Below, piece after piece: positions 56,790 through 64,000 of a stretch of DNA of 64,000 nucleotides (position 1 is its first letter; each line of letters begins with the position of its first letter). The stretch is taken from contig OY986948.1 in NCBI GenBank assembly GCA_963920595.1, positions 4,774,001 through 4,838,000 of the forward strand, read 5' to 3'. Both the position numbers and the translations under genes were made by a program. Origin of the DNA: Eimeria praecox. Taxonomy: Eukaryota. The notes under the pieces are model-generated. The model was not told where the DNA came from. It saw only the letters and a list, made by a program, of their open reading frames with translations, and searched no databases.

Positions 56790-57547
56790 CAGCAGCGGTA
56801 GCAGCAGTTGTAGTTGTAGTTGTAGTAGTAGTAGTTGCAGTTTATATTCTGTCTCTTTTCGTCTTTTGTTGTGTCTCTCTATTATATTTATATTCTGTCT
56901 TTCTTGTATATTTATATTTTATATCTCTATTATATTTATATTGTTGTTGTATTATATTTATATTCTGTCTTTCTTTTATATTTATATTTTATATCTCTAT
57001 TATATTTATATTGTTGTTGTATTATATTTATATTCTGTCTTTCTTGTATATTTATATTTTATATCTCTATTATATTTATATTGTTGTTGTATTATATTTA
57101 TATTGTTGTTGTATTATATTTATATTCTGTCTTTCTTGTATATTTATATTTTATATCTCTATTATATTTATATTGCTTCTGTATTATATTTATATTCTGT
57201 CTTTCTTTTATATTTATATTTTATATCTCTATTATATTTATATTTTATATCTCTATTATATTTATATTGTTGTTGTATTATATTTATATTGTGTCTTTCT
57301 TGTATATTTATATATTATCTCTCTATTATATTTATATTGTTGTTGTATTATATTTATATTGTTGTTGTATTATATTTATTTTCTGTCTTTCTTTTATATT
57401 TATTTTCTGTCTCCTTTTTTATTATTTTTATTTATTGTTTTATTTTTATAAATACAAATAAAACAAACAGGAGTTTCTTGATTTGTCTCTCTCTCGTTTT
57501 AATAAACAATAAATAGATAAATAAATAAATAAATAATTTAATTATAT

Positions 57548-57629
<82 letters not shown>

Positions 57630-58372
57630 ACAGCTGCTCCTCGGAGGTCTGTCCTAAACCCTAAACCCTAAACCCTAAACCCTAAACCCTAAACCCTAAA
57701 CCCTAAACCGTAAACCCTAAACCCTAAACCCTAGCTTGTGAAGAATTGTATGTCTGCTGCTAATAGCTACAGATGCTCGTGTCTTCTTCTTCTGTTTAGA
57801 GTGTATGAGGAGTCCTAATCTGGTTATACACCTCAAACATTTAGGGTTTAGGGTTTAGGGTTTATTAAGGTTTATTAGGTTTTATTAGGGTTTATTAGGG
57901 TTTATTAGGGTTTAGGGTTTCGGGTTTATTAGGGTTTAGGGTTTAGGGTGTACTAGGGTTTATTAGGGTTTAGGGTTTACTAGGGTTTAGGGTTTAGGGT
58001 GTACTAGGGTTTATTAGGGTTTATTATTGTTTATTAGGGTTTAGGGTTTACTAGGGTTTAGGGTTTACTAGGGTTTAGGGTTTACTAGGGTTTAGGCTTT
58101 ATTATTGTTTATTATTGTTTATTATTGTTTATTAGGGTTTATTAGGGTTTACTAGGGTCTAGGAATTAGGGTTTAACGTGTTTCTTATTGTTTCTTATTG
58201 TTTCTTATTGTTAATTATTGTTAATTATTGTTAATTAGGGTTTAGGGTTTAGGGTTTAGGGTTTAGGGTTTGATATTACCAGCTCCCTCCTTCTCTGTAT
58301 GATAGCTTTTAATGCCTCAGTTTGAGGGAGAAACTCCGCGACAGGAAAGACAACAACAGAAGAAGAAGACAT
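50308..58372 (-). CDS. Leucine-rich repeat (RI-like) protein with coiled-coil-like and basic C-terminus, 11 exons
   Basis: Phase-consistent exons 58280-58372, 57771-57814, 57632-57653, 56294-56732, 55251-55393, 54447-54584, 53766-53844, 52858-~53002, 52001-52046, 51252-51329, 50308-50376. LRR units NPHIEEIDLSRVSL, KNLKKLSLEFNYI, NTLESLDLGFCSF, NKTLKYLSLRAMRI, NKTLQCIDVSDNYI. The three 5'-most exons are less certain. Confidence 0.8.
53861..54440 (+). repeat. Telomere-like array with 9-mer (TATAAACCC) and 10-mer (TAATAAACCC) blocks
   Basis: Directly visible; fills an LRR-gene intron. Confidence 0.9.
55428..55947 (+). repeat. Telomere-like array with the TAGTTAACCC variant
   Basis: Directly visible. 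Confidence 0.9.
56875..57410. repeat. AT-rich ~70-bp intronic minisatellite built from TATTATATTTATATT modules
   Basis: Repeated ATTCTGTCTTTC / ATCTCTATT / GTTGTTG modules. Confidence 0.8.
57655..58271. repeat. Oppositely oriented telomere-like arrays: (AAACCCT)n 57655-57733 and (GGGTTTA)n 57841-58271
   Basis: Directly visible. Confidence 0.9.
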
Positions 58373-58580
58373 AGTGTTTGAAGTAGGTTTATATAATATA
58401 ATATAATATAATATAATATAATATAATATAATATAATATAATATAATATAATATAATATAATATAATATAATATAATATAATATAATATAATATAATATA
58501 ATATAATTAATTTAATTTAATTTAATTTAATTTGGTTTAATTTAATTTAATTTAATTTAATTTATTTAATTTATATACAA

Positions 58581-58611
<31 letters not shown>

Positions 58612-58633
58612 AAGAAGAAAAAGACAGAGAGAG

Positions 58634-58682
<49 letters not shown>

Positions 58683-58852
58683 GTCTGCGGTACAGACAGT
58701 ATAAAATAGCATTAAATAAATATATTTTGAATTCAATAATAAAAAATAATAAATAAAATAACAAATAAAAACAAATAAAATATTTAATATTCAGAGAAAT
58801 CGCGGTTTATCGAAAGCAGGGAGAAGTGACCCTAAGCTGTAGTTACACCCCA

Positions 58853-58915
<63 letters not shown>

Positions 58916-58958
58916 TATATAATATATAAAATAATATAATATATATATATATTAATAG

Positions 58959-59003
<45 letters not shown>

Positions 59004-59358
59004 GGGGGGACTGAGGGTTTATGGATGCAATAAATCGCTAGAATTTAGATTATTTTTATTAATATATGTTAAATAAATTTAATATTTGAAGAAGAAATTA
59101 AAATAAACGAAAAATAATGAGAAATGCTACAAACTCGGTACTGTTCTTCTGCTGCTATCCGAGCAGATGTCTTGTCTTTATATTAATTGATGTGGAGAAG
59201 AAGAATAAATAATTAAATTAATTATTTAATTAATGTTTGTATTTTAATTATTTATTTAAATATATATATATATATATATTTTAATTTTATATTTGATATA
59301 TTTTTCATGGAAGAAGAAATGTTGAGAGAGCGAAAGAATAAAAATCATAAGAAATTTC

Positions 59359-59436
<78 letters not shown>

Positions 59437-59448
59437 ATATTATATATG

Positions 59449-59483
<35 letters not shown>

Positions 59484-59729
59484 TTAAATATTTATATTTA
59501 AATATTTATATTTAAATATATTTAAATCAATAAAATAAATATATACGGATATAATTATGTAGTTATTAACGAAACAGATCCTTAAGAGGCAGTTCGTATC
59601 TGAGGTGTACGTACACCTGAAAAATAAATAAATACAAATATTTAAATAAATATATTAAAATGTATTTATATAAATATAAATATACTTTGTATTTAATATC
59701 TTCTTTATAAATGTTTTCATACAACCTTC

Positions 59730-60185
59730 AAATTAAATTAAATTAAATTAAAATAAATTAAGTTAAATTAAACTAAATTAAATTAAACTAAAATTAAATT
59801 AAACTAAGTGAAATTAAATTAAATTAAATTAAATTAAATCAAATTTAATTAAATTAAATCAAATTTAATTAAATCAAATTTAATTAAATTAAATTAAAAT
59901 TAAATTAAATTACAATAAAATAAAATAAAACTAAATAAAATAAAATAAATTAAGATAAATTAAATTAAATTAAATTAAATTAAATTAAATTAAATTAAAT
60001 TAAATTAAATTAAATTAAATCAAATCAAATCAAATCAAATCAAATCAAATCAAATCAAATCAAATCAAATCAAATCAAATCAAATTAAATTAAATTAAAT
60101 TAAATTAAATTAAATTAAATTAAATTAAATTAAATTAAATTAAATTAAATTAAATTAAATTAAATTAAATTAAATTAAATTAAAT
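59730..60185. repeat. (TTAAA)n satellite with an internal (TCAAA)n block; a similar tract lies at 51430-51560
   Basis: Directly visible. Confidence 0.95.
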
Positions 60186-61084
60186 CGTAGGATTTGTTTC
60201 TTTTCTTCTTCTTTGTCTCTTTTCTTTCTTTTTCTTCTTTTTTTATTTTCTATTTTTTGTTTTGTTTGTATTTATATATTATTTATTTTATTTATTTTAT
60301 TATATGGTTTATGTATTTTATTTATTGGTTTATCTACTTATTTATTTATTTATTTATAAATAAATAAATAAATAAATAAGTAGACATATTTATTTATTTT
60401 ATGTTCTCATTATTTTATTTACTTATTTATTTTATTTTATTTTATTTATTTATTTATTTATGTATTTATTCGTTTATTTATTTAATTTATTTATTTATTT
60501 ATTTATTATTTTATTATTTATTTCTTTATTTATTACTTTGTTTTTACGTGAGTAGGATATCTACCTGTGCATACACCTGAAGCCTTCCTGCTGTTTGTCT
60601 CTGTCTCTCTCTCTTTATTATCTATCTCTCTCTGTCTTATCTGTCTCTCTCTCTTTATTATCTGTCTCTCTCTCTGTCTCTCTCTCTCTTTATTATCTAT
60701 CTCTCTCCTTATTATCTATCTCTCTCTGTGTCTCTTTCTTTATTATCTATCTCTCTCTCTCTGTCTCTCTCTCTCTATTATCTATCTCTCTCCTTATTAT
60801 CTGTCTCTCTCTCTTTATTATCTATCTCTCTCTTTATTATTTGTCTCTCTCTCTCTATTATCTATCTCTCTCCTTATTATCTGTCCCTCTGTCTTTATTA
60901 TCTATCTATCTCTTTCTTTTCTGTCTCTCTTTATTATCTACATGTCTTTTCTATTATCTGTATTTCTCTTATTATTTGTCTGTCTCTTAATTATTATATA
61001 TTTTCTGTCTCATAATTATTATTTGTCTGTCTCCCTTTATTATCTATCTCTCTCTTTATTATCTGTCTCTCTCTTTATTATCTA

Positions 61085-61115
<31 letters not shown>

Positions 61116-62300
61116 TTATTATCTGTCTCTCTCTCTGTATTATCTGTCTCTCTCTTATTATTTGTTTCTATTTATTTTCTGTCTCTACGAATTATTTGTC
61201 TCTTCTTTATTATCTATCTCTTCTTATCTATCTATCTCTGTTATTATCTATCTGTCTCTATTATTATCTATCTGTCTCTGTTCTTATCTATCTATCTCTG
61301 TTATTATCTATCTGTCTCTGTTCTTATCTATCTTTCTCTTTTATTTATTATTATTATTATTTTATTAACTTTCTTTCTTTTTTATTATTTGTCTCTATTT
61401 ATTATTTGTCTGTTTCTATTATTATCTCTCTCTCTTTTCTATAAATAAATAAATAAATAAATAAATAAGTAGATATATTTATTTATTTTATGTTCTCATT
61501 ATATATTTAATTTACTATTATTTATTATTTTTCTGTCTCTCTTTTTATTATTTGTTTGTCTCTTTCACTCCAAATATATAATTGTATATTATATTATATA
61601 TTATTATATATTATATTATTATATTATATATTATTATATTATATTCTATTTCCAATTATTTTATACCTTTGTTTGTTCTTTTATTTTTATTTATTATTTA
61701 TTTATTTTAATTTTATTTATTTATTTACTTTAATTTTATTTATTTATTTATCCATTATTTATTTTATTTTTATTTATTTCTTACGTCAGTATGCAATTAA
61801 TTAATTAATTAATTAATTAATTAACTAATTAATTAATTAATTAATTAATTATTTTTATTTGTCTTCTACTTGTTTGTAGTTGTTTATTCTTTTATCTTCG
61901 TTTATGTTTGTTTTCAACTATTTATATATGTGTTATTTATTTATTTATTTTTATTTATTAATTTATTTATTTTTATTTATTTATTTTTATTTATTTATAT
62001 TTATATTTATTTATTTATTTATTTTTATTTATATTTGTATTTCTTGTCTACAACAAACTCTAAACATTATTTTAATTTATCTGCGCCTGTCTCCTTTCTG
62101 CTGTCTCTTCACCTTTTTAATATTTATTTCTATCTATCTAATTTAATTTAATTTAATTTAATTTAATTTAATTTAATTTAATTTAATTAATTTAATTTAA
62201 TTAATATATTTTAATTTGAATGACAGAAATGTTTTTATCGTTGCTTCGAGCATCACAACTGTTCAGCTCTAAGCCTTCGCTAGTTAGATATGACAAGCTG

Positions 62301-62333
<33 letters not shown>

Positions 62334-62404
62334 AGCTGCTGCTGCTGCTGCTGTTGCAGCTGCTGCTGCAGCAGCAGCAGCAACAGCAGCAAGAAAGAAG
62401 ACAC

Positions 62405-62438
<34 letters not shown>

Positions 62439-62499
62439 TCCTGTTTAAGTTTTTTTTAATAACCTGATTTCTACGCACGTTCTATGCAGGTGCTGCAAC

Positions 62500-62545
<46 letters not shown>

Positions 62546-62553
62546 TCTGCTGC

Positions 62554-62584
<31 letters not shown>

Positions 62585-62731
62585 TCAGTCTTTCTTCGAG
62601 TTGTCTTTGTTGCTGTGTATGATTCTTGCAACACCCTCCTCTCGCTCCTGCTGCTGTTTCCTCTATTGTTGCTGCTGCAGCTACAACTAGTTCTTATTGC
62701 TGCTGCTGCTGCTGCAGCAGCAGCAGCAGCA

Positions 62732-62766
<35 letters not shown>

Positions 62767-62851
62767 GAGTGTTAGCGGACCGCGCTGTTTAGCTGCGGCT
62801 TTGTCTTCGCTTCATTTCATTCCCAGAATCAAAAACAGCAGCAAGCTGGCA

Positions 62852-62892
<41 letters not shown>

Positions 62893-63052
62893 AGTAGACT
62901 CTGCTGCTGCTCCTGCAGCAGCAGAATCTGCTGCTGCTGCTGCTGTTGTTGCTGCTGTTGCTGCTGCTGCTGACTCCTTTGTTGCATCTTCTGTTGCTGC
63001 TGCTGCTGCTGCTTCTGTTGTTTTTGTTTGCTGTTTCTGCTGCTATTGCAGA

Positions 63053-63085
<33 letters not shown>

Positions 63086-63143
63086 AACAACAGCATCAGC
63101 AACAGCAACAGCAGCAGCAGCAGCAGCAGCAACTATTTCTCTC

Positions 63144-64000
63144 TTAAGATTGCATGGCTTCTTGTTTTGCTTGTGCTAATAATGGTTTTATAGCATTAAG
63201 TCCCTCAATAACATTTGCTGCTGCATCGGAGTAGAGTTTGACTTTCTCTTGTTGTACAGCAGCAGCAGCAGCAGCAGCAGCTAGCTCTTTCAGTGTTGTA
63301 GTAAGCGTTTCCAACATTTGTTGTTGTCTTGTTTTTAATTTATCGTACGAATCCGCAATTTTAGCTCCCAATAATTCTATCTCCCCACTATCTATTTTAC
63401 GAAGAGACGTGAGGTGTATATGCATCAATGTCTCTTCTGCTGCAGCAGCAGCAAAACCTGGAGCTAACATTCGTACTGTGTCTGCTGCTGCTGCAGCTAG
63501 CTTCTCGGCTGTATTGCTGCTGTTGGTTTGATGTAGTAATTCGACTATAGAAGATAAACTCTCCACATTAAAACTTTTGATATATCTTCCAAATGCTTCT
63601 GCTGCTGCTTCAGGCGCACTTGATGCTGCTGCTGCTGCTGCTGCTGCTGGTGTTGCTGCTGCTGCTGCATCCCCATCCGCAGCATCAGCAGCAGCAGCAG
63701 CAGCAGCAGCATCAGCAGCAGCAGCAGCAGCAGCAGCACTTACCTCCGCATAGAGAGATAATGACTCCCTCGTAGCTTTTAAGAACTTACTTAAACTTAA
63801 TTGTATAACTTGTCGTTGCCGCAGCAGTGCTGCTGTTCCTGCTGCTGCTGCTGCTGCTGTTTGCTGCTTCAGTTCTGTTTGATATGCTGCTGCTTTCCGC
63901 TGCAGCTGTTGATGCTTCAACAGCATCAAACCATACAGCAGCACTTGTCTTCCCTTCTTAAGTGTTGCTTCCTTTGCTGCTGCTGCTGCAGCAGCAGCAG
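63144..64000 (-). CDS. 3' end of an unknown, probably helical protein (gene extends beyond the right edge)
   Basis: 266-aa ORF in which non-repetitive peptides (FGRYIKSFNVESLSSIVELL, KLYSDAAANVIEGLNAIKPLL) alternate with poly-Ala, as in the neighbouring exons. Possible short intron from a GTAAGT donor near 63743. Confidence 0.6.
   Translation of the reverse strand, partial: AAAAAAAAKEATLKKGRQVLLYGLMLLKHQQLQRKAAAYQTELKQQTAAAAAAGTAALLRQRQVIQLSLSKFLKATRESLSLYAEVSAAAAAAAADAAAAAAAADAADGDAAAAATPAAAAAAAASSAPEAAAEAFGRYIKSFNVESLSSIVELLHQTNSSNTAEKLAAAAADTVRMLAPGFAAAAAEETLMHIHLTSLRKIDSGEIELLGAKIADSYDKLKTRQQQMLETLTTTLKELAAAAAAAAVQQEKVKLYSDAAANVIEGLNAIKPLLAQAKQEAMQS

Larger units (their letters stand above)
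16900..64000. repeat. Repeat-rich segment dominated by (CAG/CTG)n, with telomere-like and AT-rich microsatellites
   Basis: Long (GCA)n tracts begin at ~16.9 kb and are essentially absent from 1-16.85 kb. Confidence 0.95.

Noticed and set aside
50190..58271. Proximity to a real chromosome end
   Set aside because: Arrays are short, degenerate, in both orientations, and lie in introns or UTR.
63144..63480. Resemblance of the last gene's C-terminus to FAM114-like proteins
   Set aside because: Impression only; too weak to call without a profile search.
16900..64000. Numerous poly-L/C/Y/I/V ORFs in the ORF track
   Set aside because: They are translations of microsatellites, or alternative frames and antisense strands of real exons.
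1..64000. tRNA, rRNA or snRNA genes
   Set aside because: None recognised by eye; a tRNAscan-SE/Infernal run would be needed to exclude them.

Overview
Eukaryotic, intron-rich DNA with the hallmarks of an Eimeria (coccidian apicomplexan) chromosome: (CAG/CTG)n, interstitial AAACCCT arrays and TGCATGCA. The species cannot be determined. The window crosses from a repeat-poor segment (1 to ~16.85 kb) into a repeat-rich segment (~16.9-64 kb). The repeat-poor part holds the 5' portion of a minus-strand P4-ATPase-like gene, with degenerate catalytic motifs and a probable cyclase fusion, plus a decayed Ty3/gypsy pol relic. The repeat-rich part holds, by manual splice modelling: a probable RNA polymerase I subunit RPA43 (-), an ARID + ARM SWI/SNF scaffold-like gene (-), a 12-exon 2-oxoglutarate dehydrogenase E1 (+), an 11-exon LRR gene (-), and the 3' end of an unknown gene (-). 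The most unusual signal is serial, decaying copies of exon ends with their splice sites ('exon-boundary echoes') inside several introns. All family assignments come from motif recognition by eye, with no database search.
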